DNA of 39,426 nt, taken from NCBI GenBank assembly GCA_964490075.1, contig CAZBBK010000056.1, positions 1 to 39,426 on the forward strand, in the 5' to 3' direction. A program made the position numbers and the translations under genes. The notes beneath the pieces are model-generated. The model searched no databases. It worked only from the letters and a program-made list of their open reading frames with translations, and was not told where the DNA came from. This document shows positions 12,176 through 20,849 of this stretch, in pieces. The stretch comes from an uncultured Gemmatimonadota bacterium (GTDB lineage Bacteria; GCA-2686955). Position 1 is the stretch's first letter, and each line of letters starts with the position of its first letter.

Positions 12176-13804
12176 ATGGTTGCCTCCCCCTCCGCCCTCG
12201 CCTCTCTCCTCCTCGTCCTCACCCCGTCCGCGGCAGTCGCCACCGAAGAGCCGATCCAGAACTGGCTCGATGGCTACGCCGACGCCACCGACACCGGCAT
12301 CGGCAAGGCGATCTGTGTCGCCCCCGACGGCCATCTCTACGCCACCGGCCAGACCGCCGACGACGTGGTGCTGCGCTCTCTGACCAGCGCCGGCACCGAG
12401 CGCTGGACGCTGGTCTGGGACAGCGGCGGCTTCGACGCCGGCTACGCAATCGCCGCCGACGCCACCTCCAATCTCTATGTCGCCGCGGAAAGCCGTCCCC
12501 CCGGCGGCGGCTACGCATTTACCGTCCTGAGCGCCAACTCCTCCGGACAGCTGCGCTTCGTCTACAGCTGGCCGGCGGCGACCGGTCTGCAATGGGCCTC
12601 CGACGTCAAGGTCGGCCCCGACGGCAACATCTACGCAGCCGGGCAGGGCAGCGCCAACCCCGGAGTGGACGCACCGAACATGGCCGCCGTCGGCCTCACT
12701 CCCGATGGCTACGAATGCTGGCGCTTCGCCCATCGCGACCGCCGCAACCGCGGCGGCAACGCCTGGAACCTGGCCGTCGACGACCAGGCTCAGGTCTACC
12801 TCTTCGGCGAGATCGACAACGATTTCGCGGTCCTCGGCCTCGAGCACGACGGCCGATTGCGCTGGACCCGCCGCCACGACGGCGGTCGCAACGACTGGGA
12901 CAAGGCCGAGTACGGAGTGCTGGGCGAGGACGGCCACCTCTACGCCGCCGGTCGCACCTCGACCTGGACCTCGGAACGCACTTTCACCGCCATCTCTTTC
13001 ACCACCGAGGGCGAACCACGCTGGATCTACGAATACGACGGCAGCGGCGGCTCCCACGATGTCGCCACCACCGTCCACTGGGGCCTCGACGACAACGTTT
13101 ACGTCGGCGGCAAGACCGTCGAAACCTCAGGTGACGCCTTTACCGTCATCAGTCTCACTCCCGGCGGCGACGAGCGCTGGGTCTTCGCGCCGACCTGGGA
13201 AGGCTTCAACGGCGTCTGGAGCGTCACCACCGACCACGCCGGCAACGCCTACGCGGCCGGCTTCATCGCCTATCGCCGCATGGGCTTCGGCATGACCCGC
13301 TTCGGCGTCGCCGCCATCGATCCCCAGGGCCGGGAACGCTGGCGCTACGTGCCGCCGGAATCGGACAACAGCGGCATCGCCGACCGAATCGTCTTCGACG
13401 GCAACGCCACCCTCTACGCGGTCGGATTCCGCAGCGGCCGTCCCGCCGAAAGCAACTTGACGGTCGCCAGCCTCGCCACGGGAACCGCCCTGACCCTGCA
13501 CGGCGCCGATCCCGGGCGCGCCGGAGCCATCAACACATTCTCCGTCTCCGGGGCCACCCCCGGCGGCGCGGTGGGCTTCGTCTACGGCCTCGAAGCGGGC
13601 TCGACCGAGGTGCCCCAGTGCCCGGGACTTTTGCTCGGCATCGACGATCCGGTCCAGGTCGGATTCGCCCCCGCCGACGCCCAGGGCGAGGCGACCCTGC
13701 AAGGGTTCGTCCCGGAGCCCGCCGCCGGGCGACGGGTGCTCATCAGCGTGATCGACGGGGCAACCTGCGCCGCATCCAATCTGATGGCCCTGACCTTCGA
13801 GTGA
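12176..13804 (+). CDS. Secreted beta-propeller repeat protein (SBBP/PQQ-like repeats) with ~100-aa C-terminal domain
   Basis: AAGGAG RBS; signal peptide (LASLLLVLTPSAAVA); repeated D.dGnlYaaG...f.v..l...G.ErW units. Confidence 0.75.
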   Translation: MVASPSALASLLLVLTPSAAVATEEPIQNWLDGYADATDTGIGKAICVAPDGHLYATGQTADDVVLRSLTSAGTERWTLVWDSGGFDAGYAIAADATSNLYVAAESRPPGGGYAFTVLSANSSGQLRFVYSWPAATGLQWASDVKVGPDGNIYAAGQGSANPGVDAPNMAAVGLTPDGYECWRFAHRDRRNRGGNAWNLAVDDQAQVYLFGEIDNDFAVLGLEHDGRLRWTRRHDGGRNDWDKAEYGVLGEDGHLYAAGRTSTWTSERTFTAISFTTEGEPRWIYEYDGSGGSHDVATTVHWGLDDNVYVGGKTVETSGDAFTVISLTPGGDERWVFAPTWEGFNGVWSVTTDHAGNAYAAGFIAYRRMGFGMTRFGVAAIDPQGRERWRYVPPESDNSGIADRIVFDGNATLYAVGFRSGRPAESNLTVASLATGTALTLHGADPGRAGAINTFSVSGATPGGAVGFVYGLEAGSTEVPQCPGLLLGIDDPVQVGFAPADAQGEATLQGFVPEPAAGRRVLISVIDGATCAASNLMALTFE

Positions 13805-13860
13805 CGCCGGCACCGCCGCGGCCGATCCAGATCGCGTCGAGCTCCGCACCGGCGTCGAGG

Positions 13861-13902
13861 CCGGCGCGGCGCCCAGGGGACTGGGTGTACGCCGCGCACC
13901 GG
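13861..13902. terminator. GC-rich hairpin between convergent genes
   Basis: CCGG-CGCGGCG-CCCAG-GGGA-CTGGG-TGTA-CGCCGCG-CA-CCGG; GNRA-type loop; no poly-U tail. Confidence 0.4.
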
Positions 13903-13987
13903 GCCTTCGCACCAGCGTGGAATCCAGGCTGGTCGCGATCAGGGAACGAAGCGACCGGGAGTCCAGTCCGGTCCCACACCCAATCGA

Positions 13988-14770
13988 CTAGTCGCCCAGA
14001 AACCTCGTACCCACAAAGCGCAGCTGCTCAAGCCCGAACTTGGCGTCCTCCGCGCCCTCGCCCGTGGTCTTTTCGAAGGCCTCACACGCGCTCTCGAGCA
14101 GCTCACGTCCCTGCTCGTCGCCCGCCAGCGCCCGCGCCAACCCCAGGTAGCCGCTGTTGAGGTTCAGCAGATAGCCGGCCTCGGGCCCCACGTCGAGCAC
14201 GCCGCCCTCCGAACGCACCAGCGAACGGGTCCGCTCCAGCGCCGCCTCCATGCTCTCGATCGCCTCGGAAAAACGCCCCAACGAGACCAGGTGAATGCCG
14301 CGCGCCCAGTGGGCGATGGCGAAGGGGTAGTCACCCTTGCCGAGCTGCTCGCGCCACTTCAGGCAATTCTCGGCCGCCTCGAGCCCGAGCTCGAAATGGC
14401 GCCGCTCGCGCACCTGCGGATCTCCCGGCCAGCATTCGGCCAGATCGGCCGAGAGGTTGTAGGAGAGCGCGTTGGCGAAGTCGGTGATCTGCGCGGCGCG
14501 CTCGGCATCGTCCCCCTCCGCGGCGGCCTCCAGCGCCCGGTCGATCCCCTTGCTCACCACCGCGGCGATGCCGTCGAGGTTCTTGCCCTGCCAGTCGCGC
14601 CCGCCGAAGGCCCGCTGAGCGAAGCCATAGAGATTCAGGCGCTGCCCCAGCGTCTCCATGCCCTCGACAAACTCGATCACGGCGCTCGCCCCGCCCTGCA
14701 CCATGCGCGTCCGCAGCTCGTTCCAGTGGACTTCGGGGAACTCCTGGGCGGGATCTTCGTCGGCGGCCAT
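13988..14770 (-). CDS. Hypothetical alpha-helical (TPR-like) protein, 260 aa
   Basis: Strong AGAGGAAG RBS, GC3-biased codons, helical repeat-like segments (AIAHWARGIHLVSLGRFSEAIESMEAAL). Confidence 0.7.
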   Translation of the reverse strand: MAADEDPAQEFPEVHWNELRTRMVQGGASAVIEFVEGMETLGQRLNLYGFAQRAFGGRDWQGKNLDGIAAVVSKGIDRALEAAAEGDDAERAAQITDFANALSYNLSADLAECWPGDPQVRERRHFELGLEAAENCLKWREQLGKGDYPFAIAHWARGIHLVSLGRFSEAIESMEAALERTRSLVRSEGGVLDVGPEAGYLLNLNSGYLGLARALAGDEQGRELLESACEAFEKTTGEGAEDAKFGLEQLRFVGTRFLGD

Positions 14771-14858
14771 CTTCCTCTCCTCTCGCGGGGACGGTCACGG
14801 GATGTTGGGATCGAATGAAAAGTGATGATAACGGAGCCTGGGCGTTTCGTTGGAGGTT

Positions 14859-16427
14859 CTAGTGGGATGTTCGTCCAAGCCGCCCGAGCGCCGCCTCCAC
14901 CTCTCGCACCCCCGCCAAGCGCGCCGCGGCGCCGAACACAGCGAGCGCCAGCAGCCCGCAGAGGGCGAGCTCAAGCGCGTCGAAGGGTCGGCCCGGCGGC
15001 AGCACGATCAGCTCCCGCCCGATCCAGGCCGCCGCCGCCGCCGGCAAGGTCGCCCCGACCAGCCGAGCCAGGGGCGCGACCAGCTCCCGCAGCCCCAGCC
15101 CGCCCTCGGTTCTCCGGGCCAGCACCGCCAGGTAGGCCGCGAGCTGCGCCAAGCTCGACAGCGACAAGCCCAGCGCCAGCCCGCGCACCCCCAGGGCCGC
15201 ATCGATCGCCAGCAGCCGGCCGAACACCCAGGTGAACGCCACCCCGAGCGCGCCGACCCAGATCAGGGTGGAGCGATCGTCGAGCGCGAAGAAGGCCTTC
15301 TTGACGATGTTGATGCCGGCCAGGGTCAGCATGAAGGGGACCAGGGCGGTCAGGGTGCGGGCGGTCTCGACGCTGTCGGCGGCGCGGAAGGCGCCGTGCT
15401 CGAAGAGCAGGCGCACCGCGGGCAGCCCGAGCACCACCAGGAGCGCGGCGACCGGCACCAGGACCACCGCGATCAGCCGCACCGAACGGGCGAAGGTGTC
15501 GCGGAACTCGCTCCAGTCGGCGCGGGCGACCTGGTCGGCGAGCAGCGGCAGCGCGGCGCTGCTGACCCCCACCGCCACCGCTCCCTGCGCCAGGTCGACC
15601 ATGCGGGTGGCGTACCAGTAGTGGGTGACCGAACCCGGCGGCAGCCACGAGGCCAGCGAGCGCAGCACGATGATGTTCACCTGGGCGAAGAGCCCGATCG
15701 CCACCACCTTGCCCATCTCGCCGGCCAGCCGCCGAAAGCGCTCGTCGCCGAGCCCGCGCAGGTTCGGCCGCAAGGGTCCCCAGAGCCGCAGCAGGGGCGG
15801 CAGGCAGACCGCCAGGTGCACCGCCCCGCCGACCAGCACTCCGATCACCAGGGCGAAGACCGGCTCCGCGAGGCGGTCGTGGAGCAGCCAGGCGCTGGCG
15901 GCGATGCAGCCGCTCACCAGGCCCGGCGCGATCTTCGGCACGAAGAAATGGCCGCGCCGGTTCAGCAGCCCTTCGCAGAACGAGACCAGCGACACGAAGA
16001 TCACGAAGGGGAAGAGCCAGCGGGTGAGCGCGATGGTCAGGGCGAACTTCTCGGGCTCGGCCCGGAAGCCAGGCGCGAAGAGCCCCACCAGCCAGGGCGC
16101 CGCGAGCGCTCCGGCGGCGCAGAGCAGAGCTCCCGCGACCAGGAGAGCGACCAGGGTGGATCCGGCCAGGCGCCGGGCCGTCTCCCGGCCGGCGTCGCGC
16201 TCGGCGTGGCTCAGGGCCGGGATCAGGGCGCCGGTGAGACCCTCGTCGGCGACGAAGCGCCGAAACACCGAGGGCACCGTGAAGGCCATCCAGAAGGCGT
16301 CGGCCGCGGCCCCGGTGCCGAAGAGGTGGCCCACCACCACGTCGCGCAGCGCGCCGAAGACCCGCGAGAAGAGGGTCCCGGTCGCGCCGACCAGGCTGGC
16401 CAGGTAGAGGTTGATTCTGCGGCTCAT
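14859..16427 (-). CDS. murJ: Lipid II flippase MurJ (MviN)
   Basis: TLFSRVFGALRD...FG...ADAFWMAFTVPSVFRRFVADEG N-terminal signature; many TM helices; FFALDDRSTL; start at ATG 16427. Confidence 0.92.
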   Translation of the reverse strand: MSRRINLYLASLVGATGTLFSRVFGALRDVVVGHLFGTGAAADAFWMAFTVPSVFRRFVADEGLTGALIPALSHAERDAGRETARRLAGSTLVALLVAGALLCAAGALAAPWLVGLFAPGFRAEPEKFALTIALTRWLFPFVIFVSLVSFCEGLLNRRGHFFVPKIAPGLVSGCIAASAWLLHDRLAEPVFALVIGVLVGGAVHLAVCLPPLLRLWGPLRPNLRGLGDERFRRLAGEMGKVVAIGLFAQVNIIVLRSLASWLPPGSVTHYWYATRMVDLAQGAVAVGVSSAALPLLADQVARADWSEFRDTFARSVRLIAVVLVPVAALLVVLGLPAVRLLFEHGAFRAADSVETARTLTALVPFMLTLAGINIVKKAFFALDDRSTLIWVGALGVAFTWVFGRLLAIDAALGVRGLALGLSLSSLAQLAAYLAVLARRTEGGLGLRELVAPLARLVGATLPAAAAAWIGRELIVLPPGRPFDALELALCGLLALAVFGAAARLAGVREVEAALGRLGRTSH

Positions 16428-16440
16428 GGCGGTGCGCGGG

Positions 16441-16446
16441 ATGATA
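16441..16446 (-). promoter_or_regulatory. Putative -10 box for murJ
   Basis: TATCAT on the minus strand, 13 nt before the murJ ATG; no SD sequence in between. Confidence 0.45.
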
Positions 16447-16457
16447 CTCCCGGAGGC

Positions 16458-16532
16458 GGGTGGGGGCCGGGGTTCGCGGGCGGGGGTTGGGGGGTGGGTG
16501 GGGTGCGCGGGCGTTGGGGCCGGTTCGCGGGG
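16458..16532 (+). other. G-run tract with G-quadruplex potential
   Basis: GGG-T-GGGGG-CC-GGGG-TTCGC-GGG-C-GGGGG-TT-GGGGGG-T-GGG-T-GGGG-TGCGC-GGG...; at least 9 runs of G3 or longer with short loops. Confidence 0.6.
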
Positions 16533-16574
16533 AAGAGCGGGCACCGGCAGGTCGGACCGCGCCCATCGCGTCAC

Positions 16575-16727
16575 AACTCCGTGATCTCGATCGAGAGTTG
16601 CGAGTCACGACGCAAATACGGGCGTAACTCGGCGCTCTTCCTCGAGAGCGCAGAGTTGTGTCGCGAATACGGGCGTAACTCCTCACTCTCATTCGAGAGC
16701 AGTGAGTCGTGTCGCGAAATGGCGTCG
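16575..16727. repeat. Degenerate tandem repeat, 3 x 51 bp, each unit with an internal palindrome
   Basis: Units start at 16575, 16626 and 16677 (AACTC...TCGAGAG...GAGT...CGC.AATACGGGCGT); unit 3 degenerates at its end. Confidence 0.85.
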
Positions 16728-16800
16728 TAGAGCGCTCTTCCGGTCGCGGAACACGGCTTTGTGTCGGAGGCGGCATCGCGCTCGCGGCGACCGCCCCGCG

Positions 16801-17646
16801 TCAGGCCACGAGCGAACGCAAGCGCGCCAGGCCACTGGCGAAGGAGGGAGTGCCGTCGTCCAGGGCGGGAGTCTCCAAGAGCCCGGGAAGCTCGGCGAAG
16901 CGCGCATCGTTGACCAACCAACGGAAGGGTTCCTCTCCCACGTGCCCTTCGCCGATCCGGTGGTGACGGTCGACCCGCGAGCCCAGCGCCTTCTTCGAGT
17001 CGTTGAGATGGAAGGCCGCCAGGCGCTCTAGCCCGATCCGCGCATCGAACTCCTCCCACATTGCCGCGTAGCCCGCGGGTGTCGTGAAGTCGTAGCCGGC
17101 CGCGAGCACGTGGCAGGTGTCGAGGCAGACCCCCAGCCGCTCCTGGTCGCGACAGGCGCCGATGATGTCGCTGAGATGCTCGAAGCGCCAGCCGAGGTTG
17201 CTCCCCTGCCCCGCGGTGGTCTCCAGCAGCACTCCGGCGCCGGGCGCGTCGGCGCGCTCGAAGGCGGCGTCGATTCCGGCCGCGATGCGGTCGATGCCGA
17301 AAGCCTCGCCGGCCTTCTTGGGCGCACCCGGATGCGTGACCAGCCAGGGGATGCCGAGCAGCGAGCAACGCTCCAGCTCGTGGGCGAAGGCCGCCACCGA
17401 TTTCTCCCAGGCCGCATCGTCGGGCGAGGCCAGGTTGATCAGGTAGGAGTCGTGGGCGACCACCCGCAGCCCGGCCCGCGCCACCCCCTCGCGAAAGCCC
17501 TCGATCTCTTCGTCGGAGAGCGGTTTGGCCCGCCACTGGGTGGAGCTCTTGGTGAAGATCTGCAGCGCTTCGCAGCCGTCGTCCTCGGCCCGCGGCACGC
17601 TCATCTGCACCCCGCCGGCGATCGATTCGTGGGCACCGAGAATCAT
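16801..17646 (-). CDS. nfo: Endonuclease IV (AP endonuclease family 2)
   Basis: LGAHESIAGG, QIFTKS, HDSYLINLAS, VTHPG, LLETTAGQG, CLDTCH, HLNDSK, DRHHRIGEG, LETP. Confidence 0.96.
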   Translation of the reverse strand: MILGAHESIAGGVQMSVPRAEDDGCEALQIFTKSSTQWRAKPLSDEEIEGFREGVARAGLRVVAHDSYLINLASPDDAAWEKSVAAFAHELERCSLLGIPWLVTHPGAPKKAGEAFGIDRIAAGIDAAFERADAPGAGVLLETTAGQGSNLGWRFEHLSDIIGACRDQERLGVCLDTCHVLAAGYDFTTPAGYAAMWEEFDARIGLERLAAFHLNDSKKALGSRVDRHHRIGEGHVGEEPFRWLVNDARFAELPGLLETPALDDGTPSFASGLARLRSLVA

Positions 17647-17713
17647 GGTTGGGTTGTTCCTTTCCGCTGGTTTCGGACATGGTCGGACAAGGGCGCGGGA
17701 GCCGCCATCCCCA

Positions 17714-18637
17714 TCAGGCGCCTCCCGCCACCACCGCGATCACCACCGGCAGCACCACGATCGATGCCAGGGTGCCGGCCATGATCGCCGCCGAAACCGT
17801 CGCCACCTCGCTCTCGTCACGACCGAACTTCTCCACCAGTGCGAAGTTCATCACGGCCGAGGGCAGGGCGCCGGTCAAGAGCACCACCTGCGCGCTCAGA
17901 CCGCTGTTGCCCATGATCCAGTTGAGCGCGGCCGCCAGCGCCAGTCCACCGCCGATGCGCAGCGCCGGCAGCAACACGATCGGCGCCGGCGCCACTCGCA
18001 CCCGCAGCGGTCCGCTCGGCAGCAAGGTGCGCATCCGCGCCCCCAGCGCCAGCAACATCAAAGGGATCACCAGCTGCGCGATCATCGCCACCGGCACGTC
18101 GAGCATCCGCGGCAGCGACACTCCGCTCAGGTTGGCCGCCACCCCGGCGAGCGCCGCGTAGACCAGCGGCAGCCGCGCCGCCTGGCCGATACCGCCGCGT
18201 CCGTTCATCAGCGCCACGCCGAGCGAATTGTGGAAGGCGCTGAAGACCACGAACACCAGCAGCATCGCCTGGAATCCCTCCTCGCCCAGCGCCAGGCGAG
18301 CCAGGGGCAGCCCCAGGTTGCCGGCGTTCACGAAAGCCACCGGCAGTGCCACCGCACCGAAGGAAAGCGCGCGCAGAGGCGCCAGCAGGCGCCGGGCCGC
18401 ACCCGCCAACGCCACGCCTCCCAGCGCCAGCGCGGCGGCCGCCACCGGCACTCGCAGCGCGCTCAGATCCAGCTCCGGCGCCTTGGCCAGCGAGTCGAAG
18501 ACCAGGCAGGCGCCGGCGACATAGATGATCAGATCGGTCGCCTCGGTGATCGGAAAGCCGCGCCGGCCGGCGTAGAGATAGCCCACCAGGGCCACCGCGA
18601 AGACCGGAACGACTACATCGAGCAGGGCTTGGAGCAT
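17714..18637 (-). CDS. AEC (auxin efflux carrier) family membrane transporter
   Basis: ~10 TM helices; NAGNLGLPL, IPLMLLALG, ALPSAV motifs. Confidence 0.88.
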   Translation of the reverse strand: MLQALLDVVVPVFAVALVGYLYAGRRGFPITEATDLIIYVAGACLVFDSLAKAPELDLSALRVPVAAAALALGGVALAGAARRLLAPLRALSFGAVALPVAFVNAGNLGLPLARLALGEEGFQAMLLVFVVFSAFHNSLGVALMNGRGGIGQAARLPLVYAALAGVAANLSGVSLPRMLDVPVAMIAQLVIPLMLLALGARMRTLLPSGPLRVRVAPAPIVLLPALRIGGGLALAAALNWIMGNSGLSAQVVLLTGALPSAVMNFALVEKFGRDESEVATVSAAIMAGTLASIVVLPVVIAVVAGGA

Positions 18638-18664
18638 GGGGTGGAGAGGATCGTTGGAGAGGGC

Positions 18665-19276
18665 TCAGCGACGCTCGCCCTGCTCCGGAACGCGGTAGCC
18701 GATCGGCGACGCCAGGTCGAGTCGGAACGCGGCCCGCGACATGGCGACGTAGTGATGCCCGATCTCGACCTGCTCCCCCTCGAACACCCGCTTTCCGGCT
18801 GAGTCCAGCCGGGCATTCATCGTCGCTTTCTTGCCGGTCGCGCACACCGTCTTGATCTCGATCAGCTCCTCCGCCCAGGCCAGCAGGTAGCGACTCCCCT
18901 CGAAGGGCTCGCCGCGGAAATCGGTGCGCAGGCCGTAGGTCAAGACCGGGATCTTCAAGCGATCGCAGACCAGTGTCAGCTGCAACACCTGCTTCTTGCT
19001 CAGGAACTGCGCTTCGTCGACCAGCACGCAGTGCACCGGATCGTCGCGCTGCTCGCGACGCACCCAGACGAAGAGGTCGTCGGAATCGTCGAACACGTGG
19101 GCAGCGGCGTCGAGGCCGATGCGCGAGGTGATCTTGCCCTGGCCGTAGCGCTGGTCGATGCGCGGTGCGAAGAGCAAGGTGCGCATGCCGCGCTCGTGGT
19201 AGTTGTGGGCCGACTGCAGCAGTGTGGTGCTCTTGCCGGCGTTCATCGCCGAGTAGTAGAAGTAGAGCTTGGCCAT
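18665..19276 (-). CDS. tdk: Thymidine kinase
   Basis: [17 protein letters not shown] (P-loop), [28 protein letters not shown]; start at ATG 19276. Confidence 0.96.
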   Translation of the reverse strand: MAKLYFYYSAMNAGKSTTLLQSAHNYHERGMRTLLFAPRIDQRYGQGKITSRIGLDAAAHVFDDSDDLFVWVRREQRDDPVHCVLVDEAQFLSKKQVLQLTLVCDRLKIPVLTYGLRTDFRGEPFEGSRYLLAWAEELIEIKTVCATGKKATMNARLDSAGKRVFEGEQVEIGHHYVAMSRAAFRLDLASPIGYRVPEQGERR

Positions 19277-19282
19277 GACCCA

Positions 19283-19288
19283 AGCATA
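19283..19288 (-). promoter_or_regulatory. Putative -10 box of a leaderless tdk transcript
   Basis: TATGCT 6 nt upstream of the ATG; no SD in between. Confidence 0.5.
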
Positions 19289-19355
19289 CTCCGGAATCCC
19301 CACCTCGCGCCGCCACCACCGGCCGGCGGCGACGACGCGATCGCGCGGAGACTGA

Positions 19356-20642
19356 TCAGCTCGGATCGTCCTCCGCGGACTCCTGGATCGGGATCGGCGC
19401 GTGGTAGGAGAAGGCGCGCCGGACGGCCGGAGGGGCGCCGCAGATCGGCAGCCCCCGCGCATAATCGCGCGCCTCCAACACGCGCGCCTCCAGCTCCTCG
19501 GTGCTGAGCTCTCCGCCCGGCCACACCAGACCGGCCACCACCGCCCAGACCACCACCTCGGTGGCCCCCGGCGCCAGGTCGGCCACGCGGTGCGAGAGCA
19601 TGAAACGGGCGTCGTCCGGATCGCCCACATCGAGCAGGTCGGGGTCGGGATCCTCACCCGCCCAGTTGCTCATCAGGCGGTACTTGTTGGCATCGCCCAA
19701 GGGGGTTCCGTCGCCGCCGTCCGGAAACGCCAGCCCCGGGCCCCAGTCGAGCGGCTCCCAGGCATCGGAGATCCACCAGTTGCAGTGCGAGCTCCAGTCG
19801 TAGCGATCGGCGGCGAACACCAGCCGCGTCACGCCGACCCCGGTCGGGACCAGGGTATCGTCGCCGTCCGACCCGGTCTGGATCCCGTCGGCGATGAAGG
19901 CCAGCAAGGTCTCCCCGCCCTGACCGTTGTCGATCGTTCGCGACCCCGTCACGTCGTCGCGCGAGTTGTCCCAGGCGTCGTTCATGGTCCGTGGAGTCGG
20001 CCCCACGTCGCCGTCCCAGTAGAGCCCGACATGGCAGTCCTGCAGCTCGAAGGCGGAGCGGTTGGTGATGCGATCCACCAGCAGCAGGAACTCGGCGCTC
20101 GGGTCGCGCGGTCCCACCACGGCCCGGTCGACGTCGATCAGCATCGGCCGGTGGGTCTCGTAGACGCCCTCGCAGCCGTCGAATCGGTCCGAGAGGCGGG
20201 CCGCGTAGACCCTCTCGTCGCCCGGGTCACGGCGGATCAGCGCCTGGTCGTCCTCCAGCGCGCGAATCTCGCGGTCCCAGTACCAGCCGTCGTGGACGGC
20301 CGACACATGCACCTCGCCGTCGACCCGCGCGCCGACCCAGAGCGAACCCATGAACAGGGTCTCGAAGTCACCGTCCTCGACCAGCAGCCCGGGAGAGGGC
20401 TGGTCGCCCTCGACATTCCAGCTTCCCAGCAGCCCGTTCGCGGTCAGCGCCGCGAAGAGTGCCGTGGAATCGTGCAGATCCCAGTCCTCCGACCAGGGAC
20501 AGTCGGGCTCCATCATGGTCGCCCCAAAGGCGCCAGCCGGAATCAGCCAGCACAGCATCATCGCCAGCGCCGGCGCTTCCACGGTCCGCGGACAAGTCCG
20601 CCGCGCTCGCTCCTCTTGCATCCAACTCTTGCCATTCGACAT
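19356..20642 (-). CDS. Secreted acidic, Trp/Asp-rich hypothetical protein
   Basis: AAGGA RBS before ATG 20642; signal-like [44 protein letters not shown] segments. Confidence 0.7.
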   Translation of the reverse strand: MSNGKSWMQEERARRTCPRTVEAPALAMMLCWLIPAGAFGATMMEPDCPWSEDWDLHDSTALFAALTANGLLGSWNVEGDQPSPGLLVEDGDFETLFMGSLWVGARVDGEVHVSAVHDGWYWDREIRALEDDQALIRRDPGDERVYAARLSDRFDGCEGVYETHRPMLIDVDRAVVGPRDPSAEFLLLVDRITNRSAFELQDCHVGLYWDGDVGPTPRTMNDAWDNSRDDVTGSRTIDNGQGGETLLAFIADGIQTGSDGDDTLVPTGVGVTRLVFAADRYDWSSHCNWWISDAWEPLDWGPGLAFPDGGDGTPLGDANKYRLMSNWAGEDPDPDLLDVGDPDDARFMLSHRVADLAPGATEVVVWAVVAGLVWPGGELSTEELEARVLEARDYARGLPICGAPPAVRRAFSYHAPIPIQESAEDDPS

Positions 20643-20849
20643 GGTTCCGTCCTTTCGCGCCCTCGGGCGCCGGCCAGGCAAACCGACCTGTGCTGCGACG
20701 TTCCCATCTCAAGAACCGTGCCGACCCCATCAAGTCGCTACCCAACCAATTACCACACAATCGTTTACCAGTTTCGCCAGGAGCGCCGGACACTTCCGCG
20801 CGGCGCGCCGCAGGACGACGCGCCAGCCGAAAGCGTCCACCGCGGACCC

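Noticed and set aside
16575-16727. CRISPR array (AATACGGGCGTAACTC recurring at 51-nt spacing)
   Set aside because: The would-be spacers are homologous to each other, the exact repeat is only 16 nt in two copies, and no cas genes are present.
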